Below the pieces are notes generated by a model. The model had not been told where the DNA came from. It saw nothing but the letters and a program-made list of their open reading frames with translations, and searched no databases. Below are positions 15,546 to 23,569 of a stretch of DNA of 28,714 nt, piece after piece. The position numbers and the translations under genes were made by a program. Numbering within the stretch: position 1 is the stretch's first letter; every line of letters starts with the position of its first letter. This stretch comes from a virus. Taxonomy: Duplodnaviria; Caudoviricetes. The DNA lies in the IMG/VR virus record IMGVR_UViG_3300032225_000633, positions 1 through 28,714 of that record. One strand, given 5' to 3'.

Positions 15546-16756
15546 GCAAAAACGCCTTTCCAGAATGGCAGCCACTTGTCGTTGAAAACTTTATCAGCGT
15601 CGAAGTCTTGCGCGAAAGCAATTGACTTCTCAGACACGCCTCGGTTTTGGTAGGCGAGTTCGAGCGCGCGAACAATCGAAGAAACATTGGGAATCTGAGA
15701 AACGGCCTTCAGTTGCTCGTTCCACCACGGCTGCCCCTCGACTAGGTAGCAGTCCTCAGAAACGAGGTCGGGCGACGCCGCCCATGATGACGTGATAACT
15801 CGCACCCCACACGCTTGAGCCTCAAGGCTCGTGAGTCCGAATCCTTCGCCCATGTTGGCATGAAGCAACACGTCGAATGCGGAGTAAATTGCCGCCATAT
15901 CTTCGTCCGAATATCCCAAGCGGTGTTGCACCGGATCAGGGAACACAACTGCGCCAGGTTCTAGCCCGAACGCTTGAGCGAGCATCGGCAACGTGAACCC
16001 ACCCATGACGGGCGATGGGTCGCAATGAACATAGAGCACCGCGTCGGGCCGAGTCTGACGGAACAATGCAAACGCTGCAAAGTTTTCGGTGAATGACTTT
16101 CGGTGAACCATGCCATTTGCTTTGTTCGCGGAAACCATGCCCACAAGATAGGCGTCTTGATTCTTTCCCAAAATGTATTCGCGCCCCGTCATGTCCAAGA
16201 GTTTCATGCGTTCCGTGCGCTTGTAAGTATGCACGTCAATGGCGTGAGGGACATAGGTCGATTCGATGCCCGCCTTTTCGAGTTGTCGCTGACCATGCGG
16301 AGACATGGTGACCGGCGTCACGTTAGGACGGCGTAGAAAAGATGCCACAGCACCCGGAAGGGAAACATGATCGAGAGGAACCCACGACACAATCGGGATA
16401 TCTTTTTGCCCGACGCGGAACGTGTTTGCCATTTGCTCAAACACCCAAACGTCATACAGCGTCATTAGAACCGTCTCGCGGTCATGCGTATTATCGAAGT
16501 GCTGGAACCATCCCGGCATCACGTCGGCGGAGTATGGATGAAAGCCTTTGGGGTAATGCGGTATGTGATGTTTGCCAACTTTGACTGTGCCGATGTTGCC
16601 CTCTAGCCCGTAGTTGCTCAGGCTCGCGCACTTAATCCCGTGGCGTAGGGCCCGTTCGAGAAACTGTGCGCCTTGCGTTCCATAGCCCGTAGGAATGCCC
16701 GGTGTGTTACTCGCGAGAGCGATTGCGCCATTGACTTGCTCGTAAACCTTTCCCAT
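15542..16756 (-). CDS. Glycosyltransferase, GT4-like (GT-B)
   Basis: PTGYGTQ, YVPHAID, IYSAFDVLLHANMGEGFGLTSLEAQACG (E-x7-E). Confidence 0.9.
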   Translation of the reverse strand: MGKVYEQVNGAIALASNTPGIPTGYGTQGAQFLERALRHGIKCASLSNYGLEGNIGTVKVGKHHIPHYPKGFHPYSADVMPGWFQHFDNTHDRETVLMTLYDVWVFEQMANTFRVGQKDIPIVSWVPLDHVSLPGAVASFLRRPNVTPVTMSPHGQRQLEKAGIESTYVPHAIDVHTYKRTERMKLLDMTGREYILGKNQDAYLVGMVSANKANGMVHRKSFTENFAAFALFRQTRPDAVLYVHCDPSPVMGGFTLPMLAQAFGLEPGAVVFPDPVQHRLGYSDEDMAAIYSAFDVLLHANMGEGFGLTSLEAQACGVRVITSSWAASPDLVSEDCYLVEGQPWWNEQLKAVSQIPNVSSIVRALELAYQNRGVSEKSIAFAQDFDADKVFNDKWLPFWKGVFA

Positions 16757-16771
16757 GAGTTAAGCCTACAC

Positions 16772-16806
16772 AAAGAAAATCCCCCCGCCCGAAGGCGAGG
16801 GGAAAT
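16772..16806 (-). terminator. Intrinsic terminator after the capsid gene
   Basis: CCCCTCGCC-TTCG-GGCGGGGG stem with UUCG tetraloop, followed by ATTTTCTTT. Confidence 0.85.
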
Positions 16807-16818
16807 CCTTTAGCGTTG

Positions 16819-17946
16819 TTACGCGGTGGTGAGGTACTTTACCGCGCCGGAGGACTTGAGTCCCGAGGCGAGGCGCAGCGTGGTGCGGTATGCCGTTACG
16901 TCCTGGTTGAAGAAGGCGTCAGCACTCGTGGCCACCTGAACGTTGTTGTGCGTGATAGCAACGGCGGAGTAGTCACCAAAGATGACCGATTTCGCGCCCG
17001 ATGACACATCAACCATTGCGGGGTTTTCGAGAACGGGAACACCAGCGAACGTGTCCGGTGCGCCAGCACCGCCGGTACCGACCTGGTACAAGTACGCGCC
17101 AACGTTGTCCTTGAGCTTGCGAACAAGTCCGAGCGTCTTGGTGTTCATCATGTAGGCACCGTTCGGACGGTAGGCACCATCGACCGAGTACTGAAGGTCG
17201 ATCAAAGCATCCGACGTGAGAACAGCAGTTCCCGAAGCAACACCCGAACCAGCGGCAGCAACAACCGTCGAAGTCGCGGTTGCATTTGCCCAAGTTCCGA
17301 TGGCGTTTCCAGCCTGAGATGCAATCTCGTTCACGATGTCAAAGCCCGCGTCGGTGATGAGTTCGTTCGCAATGAGAGCGAGGAACGCGCCCTTGGTAGG
17401 GGACAACAGAATGCTGGAGAACGTCGGTTCGCTCTGCGAAATAGCAGAACCAGCCGTTGTAACTGCAGCAGTCGAGTAAGCGGTCATAACCGGCAGTCGC
17501 AGGTCATTCGCGCTCGAACGCACGATCACGTCAGCAACGTTCAGGAATGGGCCAACCTTGCGAGCAATCATCCACAGGCGGTCATAGAACGAAACCGGCA
17601 CGGTGTCCGAAGAGTTCACGAGCGTTGCGCGCTTCTCAAACTCGAACGAGCGAAGCTCACCCGAAGCAAGAGCACGGAAAATGTCGGCTTCAGAACGAGC
17701 CTCGACAGTCTGCGGAACGAACGAACCGGCAGCCTGTTCGGCTTCGGCACGACGAACCTCGGTGCGCTCAGCAACAGCAATGGAACGCTGTGCGTCCTCA
17801 ATAGCCGACTCGATGCGGTCAATGGTTTGGTTTTCTTCAGCGGTCAGGCCACGCTTCTCAGCCTCGGCAGCGTCAATGATGCTGCGAATCTGGTGAACGA
17901 GGTTAGCCTTGACCTCTGACTGTGACTTGATGAAATCGCTCATCAT
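16819..17946 (-). CDS. Major capsid protein, HK97 family, with N-terminal coiled-coil (delta) domain
   Basis: AEAEKRGLTAEE delta domain; ANELITD; YMMN...RKLKD..GAYLY; VIFGDYS; FFNQD.TAYR; GGAGA SD before ATG 17946/17943. Confidence 0.95.
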   Translation of the reverse strand: MMSDFIKSQSEVKANLVHQIRSIIDAAEAEKRGLTAEENQTIDRIESAIEDAQRSIAVAERTEVRRAEAEQAAGSFVPQTVEARSEADIFRALASGELRSFEFEKRATLVNSSDTVPVSFYDRLWMIARKVGPFLNVADVIVRSSANDLRLPVMTAYSTAAVTTAGSAISQSEPTFSSILLSPTKGAFLALIANELITDAGFDIVNEIASQAGNAIGTWANATATSTVVAAAGSGVASGTAVLTSDALIDLQYSVDGAYRPNGAYMMNTKTLGLVRKLKDNVGAYLYQVGTGGAGAPDTFAGVPVLENPAMVDVSSGAKSVIFGDYSAVAITHNNVQVATSADAFFNQDVTAYRTTLRLASGLKSSGAVKYLTTA

Positions 17947-17972
17947 ATTCTCCAATCAAAAAAGGTTTTAGG

Positions 17973-18020
17973 GGATTGGTCGCGCTAACGCTGAACCGTG
18001 ACCGCGCTAACGCTGAATCC
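17973..18020 (-). promoter_or_regulatory. Structured capsid 5' leader with a 15-bp direct repeat
   Basis: CGCGCTAACGCTGAA at 17981-17995 and 18003-18017; nested GGAUU/AAUCC and GGUC/GACC stems on the mRNA strand. Confidence 0.65.
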
Positions 18021-18023
18021 TTA

Positions 18024-18042
18024 TTAGGTTAGGCTTACCTAA
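18024..18042. promoter_or_regulatory. IdeR/DtxR iron box overlapping the capsid promoter -10
   Basis: TTAGGTTAGGCTTACCTAA matches TWAGGTWAGSCTWACCTWA at 19/19 positions; -10 TAACCT (18026-18031), -35 TTGAAC (18050-18055), 18-bp spacer. Confidence 0.85.
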
Positions 18043-18070
18043 CTAAAGCGTTCAAAAGACACGCCGAATA

Positions 18071-18106
18071 GCAAAACGCCCGAGTCCAGCACCCGAGCGT
18101 TATGCC
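18071..18106 (-). terminator. Probable terminator hairpin upstream of the capsid promoter
   Basis: AACGCTCGGGT-gctgg-ACTCGGGCGTT (two G-U pairs) followed by TTGCTATT. Confidence 0.55.
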
Positions 18107-18119
18107 TCATAAGGTTACG

Positions 18120-18458
18120 TCAAAGAACGTGAAGCTTCAATTTGCGTTTTGCCATATCCAGCGATCGCGCAGCCTGAGCCTCGGCTTCGAGAATGGTTAT
18201 TTCGGGGATAATCCATAATTTGCAAACCGCTTCAGGTTCGATAACGCCAGAGACAATTTGACAGCCGCCGAGTTCGTCATAAAACACGCAGTTAGAACAC
18301 ATCAAGCCCTGAGCCTTGAAAGGGTTCGCGCTCGCCGGTGCATAGTGCGCACCATTAGCGCCCGTAGTTTGGTCAAACTTGCCATGCTCGACAGCGAGTT
18401 CTGCCAGGTCATTCGCCTGTTCTTGCTGACGTTCGTTCAGCAATTCATACTCACCCAT
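18120..18458 (-). CDS. 4-Cys HiPIP-like protein with putative capsid-targeting C-terminus
   Basis: CSNCVFY...CQIVSGVIEPEAVCKLW resembles the HiPIP Cys pattern; TAATG-coupled to the protease. Confidence 0.65.
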   Translation of the reverse strand: MGEYELLNERQQEQANDLAELAVEHGKFDQTTGANGAHYAPASANPFKAQGLMCSNCVFYDELGGCQIVSGVIEPEAVCKLWIIPEITILEAEAQAARSLDMAKRKLKLHVL

Positions 18459-20092
18459 TAGAACCTCTCCAAAAGGTCGAGTTTCTTCTTCTTCAGCGCG
18501 AGAAGGTCGAGGTCGCCCACGATCTCATCAGCTTCATCCGCTGGTGCTAGGCGGTCAAGAACCTGCTCAAGTAGGCGGCGGTCATCCGTGGTGAGGCTCT
18601 CCGCGCCTTCTTCAATACGAGTGAGAACATCCTGCAAGGCGTCAGCATCAACTTCGGCACGTTGTGCGACCTTATCAAGTGCGCGAACGCTCACCGTGCC
18701 ACCCGTTGCGGCGTAAGCGGGCCATGCGACAACGCTCACCTCGTGCAAGCGAACGGACTTCAGTGTGCGCGTCGAACCATCCTGCGACCAAGAATCACCG
18801 CCCGACGGAACTGAGAACCCGAACGACATTGCGTCGACAATTCCCTTTGAAATAAGTTCCCGAGCGTCACGCCCGGCGGTGGTATCAGGAAGGACAGCCG
18901 TGACCTTTAGTCCGCGCTCATCTTCAATGAGAGAAAGTGTCCCGGATCGTGTCGAAGCGAGCACCGCGCCAGAATCGTGATTCCATAGCATTTTGACGTC
19001 ATTGCGTGAACGCAACGAACGCTTGAAGGCACCAGGCGCGATAATCTCCGTAAAAGGCAGCGGTTCGCTCGGTGAGTTGAAAAGCGCGGCATAGCCGGTA
19101 AACGTGTTTCCGTCACCCTCAGCGCGAAGCTCAATAGTTGTCGTAAACTCGCGCGTTTCAATCTTGCCCATGTCTGCAATTTTACCTTTCCGGTATGCGT
19201 TCATCTCTTCGACTCCCTGCGCGTCAAGATTTCGCGGGTCAACAGCCTCAATGCCGAGTTCGTCATAGTACGCCAGCGTTTGCGGGTCATTCTCTACGGC
19301 AACCGTGACGTTATACGTTTTCAGTAATTCCTCAGCCGTGGCTTTTTTGTACTCAGGTGAATCAGCCGTACTCGACGGATTCATAATGAGGCGCGAGTAA
19401 GTAATATCCAAGTCTTTAAGTTGTTGCACAGTTGCATCACGCTCAGATTCTGGGCGCCCCGTGACAATGAACAATGCGCCAGGCTGATCCTGTAAGAACA
19501 TCCACGTTTTCTCAACACGACGCCCGCCCTGAATGAGAGTGCCATCAATGTCTGAGATTTTCACCGTAGGCCCGTCAGCATTGCGCGTTTCAGCCTCAAT
19601 CCGTGCCAACAGTCTGTCTGCGTAATCTTTCGTCCGCATGGCGCCATCCTTTCCACCTTGAGAACCCCATAAAGCATGAGCAACAACGCCCGGCGACGGG
19701 TAACCATCCGCACCCGGTTGCGCGTCAGGTGCGTTCAAATCCACCATGTGCCGCGCAATCCACGCCGAGATTCTTTGCCACTTGTCTGCTGAAACTTCGC
19801 CTGAAGCCATAAGGCGCGCTTCGCGGACCGTTCCATCGGTTACTCCATCACCGGCAAGCCCATCTTCAAACCACGTCACGCCCTGTTCAGCGGCATCACG
19901 CATAAATTGTGGGGCCGAAAGGTCAGGCATGGCGCGCTCACCAATAAAAGGCTCGTCGGTTGCGAGTGAAATTGCCACCGCTTGCTTGATAGCGTCACCT
20001 TTGGTTTTGTGGCAGCCGAAAACTTTGTCCGACGGATCAACGACGGCCCACCCGGAACAATCTGGGTTATTCTGTGTAATTGAATACGGCAC
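18458..20092 (-). CDS. Multidomain prohead protease: N-terminal modules + HAD phosphatase-like domain + HK97-type protease
   Basis: Protease: FTGYAALFN, EIIAPGAF, LWNHD, MSFGF, LHEVSVVAWPAY. HAD: SDIDGTL, IVTGRPE, YK, VEND. Confidence 0.9.
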   Translation of the reverse strand: MPYSITQNNPDCSGWAVVDPSDKVFGCHKTKGDAIKQAVAISLATDEPFIGERAMPDLSAPQFMRDAAEQGVTWFEDGLAGDGVTDGTVREARLMASGEVSADKWQRISAWIARHMVDLNAPDAQPGADGYPSPGVVAHALWGSQGGKDGAMRTKDYADRLLARIEAETRNADGPTVKISDIDGTLIQGGRRVEKTWMFLQDQPGALFIVTGRPESERDATVQQLKDLDITYSRLIMNPSSTADSPEYKKATAEELLKTYNVTVAVENDPQTLAYYDELGIEAVDPRNLDAQGVEEMNAYRKGKIADMGKIETREFTTTIELRAEGDGNTFTGYAALFNSPSEPLPFTEIIAPGAFKRSLRSRNDVKMLWNHDSGAVLASTRSGTLSLIEDERGLKVTAVLPDTTAGRDARELISKGIVDAMSFGFSVPSGGDSWSQDGSTRTLKSVRLHEVSVVAWPAYAATGGTVSVRALDKVAQRAEVDADALQDVLTRIEEGAESLTTDDRRLLEQVLDRLAPADEADEIVGDLDLLALKKKKLDLLERF

Positions 20093-21462
20093 TAATTACC
20101 GCCAGGGTAAACGCTTGTCGGGTTTTCCGGGTCAATCATGGCAACCTGTTGCAACTGAGCCGAAGGCAAACCGGTGTGGATGATGTCGAGTCCGAGCAAC
20201 TTCGCCACTGATGCCGGATCGTAACCAACTGAGACGAGTTGCTGAGCCATAGCGACTCGCTCTTTGTCTCCCGAAAGTGGCGCGGCGTCAATGTTTACCT
20301 GAGCCAAAGGCACACGAGGCTTATCGGCTGAAACGTCATCGACTCGGCGCATATTCTCGACGCGGCGAACGTCGTTAATAGACATCCAGCCCGCTTGTAG
20401 AGCCGATGAATAGGCTTGAGTTCTTGCCGCCAAGTCTGCGCGCACGAGAGCGTCCATGTTGAAACGAATAAACGCTGTTTCACCGCCCGGCGTCCTAGAC
20501 ATAAGTTTGCTAAACGCGTTTTCAATCTTTGCCACAAGAGGACGCAAAGACATGGCCACGAATTGAAGGCCCTGCTGCTCGACGCTTGAGTAGGACATAC
20601 CGCTATCGGTAACGCCGAGAAGATATGGAGGGATTCCGAACGCGCGGGCCACATCAAGCACAGCAAACTTGCGCTGCTCGATTAGCCCTGCCTTATCCGG
20701 GTCGATGCCGGTGCTCCTCCATTGTGCACCACCTGTGAGAACGCCCGTCTTTGCGGAACGACGCCAGCCACCATGCCGACGATCAACACCGGCAGCCAAC
20801 TGCTCAGCCTGCTCTTGCGTGAGAGCCTGAGGCACCTCGATAATTCCAGCCATGTTCACGCCGGAACCGAAGAACGTAGCCGTAAAGGATTCAAGGGCCT
20901 TTGCCAGCGCAAAGTTCTCTTTCAATGCATCAACGCGCGACGTGCCACGAACCGAACCGGGCTTGAGAATGTCCACGACGTGCACAATGTTCTCGCTCGA
21001 TAGTTCTTCCTTCGTGGAAGTAATCGTGAACGTGAGGCGTCCGAGCGCGTTGCGCTTTACCTCCACGTCCATCGGGTTGAGAACAACGAGGTTCACAACT
21101 TCGCCCGAGCTGTTCGAGTAAACGCGCACAAACGCATTGCCTTCAAGCATGAGGGACACAATGACCGACGAATAGAAAGCCGTGTAGCCAACAAAATCGA
21201 CATCCGGATTCTGAACCCACGCCGGCGCGCCACCACCCTGGCGGAACGGGTACAGTTCACCGTCACGACGAATAAAGCAATCGAGAGGCAGCGTTGAAAC
21301 TGAATCGGCGTAAAGCGAAATCGCGCTAAACACGGCGTTGATCGTGAGGGCCGAATCTGCGTCTACCGTGACGCCCGCAAGCGTTCCCTTCACCATGTCA
21401 CCGCCCGAAGCGAACACAGACTGAAACGACGTTGCACGTCTTTCCAAAAGTTTTTCGAACAT
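20092..21462 (-). CDS. Portal protein, HK97 family
   Basis: SLMLEGNAF, LNPMDV, VARAFGIPPYLLG, SYSSVEQ, GWMSINDVRRVEN. Confidence 0.95.
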   Translation of the reverse strand: MFEKLLERRATSFQSVFASGGDMVKGTLAGVTVDADSALTINAVFSAISLYADSVSTLPLDCFIRRDGELYPFRQGGGAPAWVQNPDVDFVGYTAFYSSVIVSLMLEGNAFVRVYSNSSGEVVNLVVLNPMDVEVKRNALGRLTFTITSTKEELSSENIVHVVDILKPGSVRGTSRVDALKENFALAKALESFTATFFGSGVNMAGIIEVPQALTQEQAEQLAAGVDRRHGGWRRSAKTGVLTGGAQWRSTGIDPDKAGLIEQRKFAVLDVARAFGIPPYLLGVTDSGMSYSSVEQQGLQFVAMSLRPLVAKIENAFSKLMSRTPGGETAFIRFNMDALVRADLAARTQAYSSALQAGWMSINDVRRVENMRRVDDVSADKPRVPLAQVNIDAAPLSGDKERVAMAQQLVSVGYDPASVAKLLGLDIIHTGLPSAQLQQVAMIDPENPTSVYPGGN

Positions 21463-21593
21463 TACTTAGCCACCGCCAAACCGATAAGCACCAAACCAAT
21501 GCCGGCGGCGATAATTCCAGCCGGTAGCCAAATGAGCGAGACGCCGGCAACAATGACTCCGACACCTGCCACCTGCAAAATTGTGGAAACCAC
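21462..21593 (-). CDS. Small two-helix membrane protein between terminase and portal (43 aa, not in ORF track)
   Basis: MVSTILQVAGVGVIVAGVSLIWLPAGIIAAGIGLVLIGLAVAK; TAATG coupling to the portal gene. Confidence 0.8.
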   Translation of the reverse strand: MVSTILQVAGVGVIVAGVSLIWLPAGIIAAGIGLVLIGLAVAK

Positions 21594-21601
21594 GACGCCG
21601 C

Positions 21602-23128
21602 CTAAAAGTAAAATTGTGGAATAATGTCGGGCTCAAGTTTAGCCGACGCCCTATGCCATGCCATCATCAACGCTACGGCGAGGTCAATTTTTAGTTTCGG
21701 ATTACGGTAATCCTTCGTGAGCCTCGAACCGCCTTTTGAGTCCGCTTTAAGAATGCAATTATCCATGTGTCGAGCCATTGCGGGGTCACCGTCATGCACA
21801 AACTTCTTTGACATAATCGCCTCGAATAATCGGGCAGTCGCTGGCACTTGATAGGCGAGCGTTTGCGGAAACTCGACAACTACAATGCCAGCCTGTAGCC
21901 ATTGCATCATCTCGTCTTGCCAATAGGTCGGGTCACACACCATCTCTTTGCAACCAGGATTCTCGCGCACAAAATCGAGAACATAATTCGCAACGGCCTG
22001 TTTATCAATCACCCATGAATCATCGTTCACGGCGAAATCCTTTTCCCACGATCCGGCGCGCAGAACGCGGAACACATCGCCGTCAAAACGCGGGAGAATC
22101 ACCGCGACGAGGGCCGTCGAATCGTTCTTCCATGAACCGTCGAAGCCTAAGTAGTATTCATCACCCGGTTCGAGGCGCACAGTCTCGTCCGCAAGTTCAT
22201 CCCACGCGCCAGCCGGAAGCCATGCATTCTTGACATTCACCCATTGATTCAATCGCTTCGTTCTAAACTCATGCTCAGGTGTACGCAACACAGCACTAGC
22301 AAAATCATCACTAGCGACCAAATCATCAAAGCCAGGATTAGCAATCTTCCACGTTGCCGGGTCTTTGTAATCAAGTTCCGGCGGGGCTTCCCACCATGCC
22401 ATAAAAAACGACGGGTCAATTACTTCTCCACTCGCGCAGCGTTTTCCATATTGATACAACTGGTAGGCAATACTCTCACCGCCACTAACATCGGTTCGCA
22501 GGCCCGCCGTCGTAATCGCGACGAGCTGAGCGAGAGAGCCACGGTTACCCATCGCGAGAGACATAACGTCAAATAATGTTCGGTCACGGTGAGCGTGGAG
22601 CTCATCCGCGATAATCCGTGACGGATTCATTCCTTCCGCGCTAAAACTCTCACTAGCAATGACGCGCAAAACGGACTGAGAGCCAGGCACATAAATTGAA
22701 TCCCTGTACACGGTCACATTGTCCGCGAGTTCCGTAGCCTGAAGCATTCGTTTGGCTTCTCCAAACACGATGCGCGCCTGATCGCGTGTTGCCGCGCAGA
22801 CTACGACCTCGGCCCCTTGAATGCCCTCGAATAAAAGCGAATAAAGTGCAATCGCAGCCGACGAGAGAGCCGACTTACCTGATTTTCGTGGCATGCCAAT
22901 TAGAGCCGTTCGTGCCAGGTATCCGCCGTTCTCATCTCGCGCATATAGATGGCGCAAAAGTTCCTTCTGCCATTCACGTAAAACCAAAGGCTCACCAGCA
23001 CGGCCCGCAATACCGTCTTTACCGATAGAGCCAAAAGCCTCAGCAAAACGCACAGCGTGGCGACCATCGGAACGCGCTAAAGATTCCTCATCGACAGGCG
23101 TCAAATACAGCGGGGGCCAACTACTCAC
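21602..23128 (-). CDS. terL: Terminase large subunit
   Basis: LREWQ, MPRKSGKS (Walker A), IIADELH (Walker B), ITTAG, GFDGS..NDSTA, KIDLAVA. Confidence 0.96.
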   Translation of the reverse strand: MSSWPPLYLTPVDEESLARSDGRHAVRFAEAFGSIGKDGIAGRAGEPLVLREWQKELLRHLYARDENGGYLARTALIGMPRKSGKSALSSAAIALYSLLFEGIQGAEVVVCAATRDQARIVFGEAKRMLQATELADNVTVYRDSIYVPGSQSVLRVIASESFSAEGMNPSRIIADELHAHRDRTLFDVMSLAMGNRGSLAQLVAITTAGLRTDVSGGESIAYQLYQYGKRCASGEVIDPSFFMAWWEAPPELDYKDPATWKIANPGFDDLVASDDFASAVLRTPEHEFRTKRLNQWVNVKNAWLPAGAWDELADETVRLEPGDEYYLGFDGSWKNDSTALVAVILPRFDGDVFRVLRAGSWEKDFAVNDDSWVIDKQAVANYVLDFVRENPGCKEMVCDPTYWQDEMMQWLQAGIVVVEFPQTLAYQVPATARLFEAIMSKKFVHDGDPAMARHMDNCILKADSKGGSRLTKDYRNPKLKIDLAVALMMAWHRASAKLEPDIIPQFYF

Positions 23129-23558
23129 CGCGTGCCTTCATGTCCATGAGTTCTTGAAGCTTCGATTTCGTGCGAGCTGAGACAAGTCCAAGTCGAGTGC
23201 GATCCGCTGGCGTAAAGCCGAGAAGTGAAAGTCCGTTCACGATAGCCTTCTCAGTCTCAAGCAAACTCATATTCACCACGCGCGACTCCGGCTCATCCCA
23301 AAACCGCCGTGAGAGTTCATCGCGCCGGTCAAGTTGGCGGCACACCTGCGCCACGAGTTGCGTGTCCGTGCGTATTGAAATCCAAAGTTCGCCCGCGCCA
23401 AAGATTTTATTCCACAGCTCAAGGCCCGACTCACGCAAGTCCTCGGGCGGCTCAACATAGCCATATTCGAGAGGCGCAACACCGTCTACTCGAATAGGTC
23501 GTTTGCTCGGATTGCCCTGCGCTATCTGCAATTCAACGGGCTTCGGCGGGTTTGGCAT
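23121..23558 (-). CDS. terS: Terminase small subunit (P27-like)
   Basis: MPNPPKP...GNPSKRP...LGFTPADRTRL; GGAGG SD before ATG 23558. Confidence 0.88.
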   Translation of the reverse strand: MPNPPKPVELQIAQGNPSKRPIRVDGVAPLEYGYVEPPEDLRESGLELWNKIFGAGELWISIRTDTQLVAQVCRQLDRRDELSRRFWDEPESRVVNMSLLETEKAIVNGLSLLGFTPADRTRLGLVSARTKSKLQELMDMKARGE

Positions 23559-23569
23559 GGTTCCTCCAA

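Noticed and set aside
17981-18017. 15-bp direct repeat as a mini-CRISPR array
   Set aside because: The repeat is too short and the spacer is only 7 nt; better explained as a leader element.
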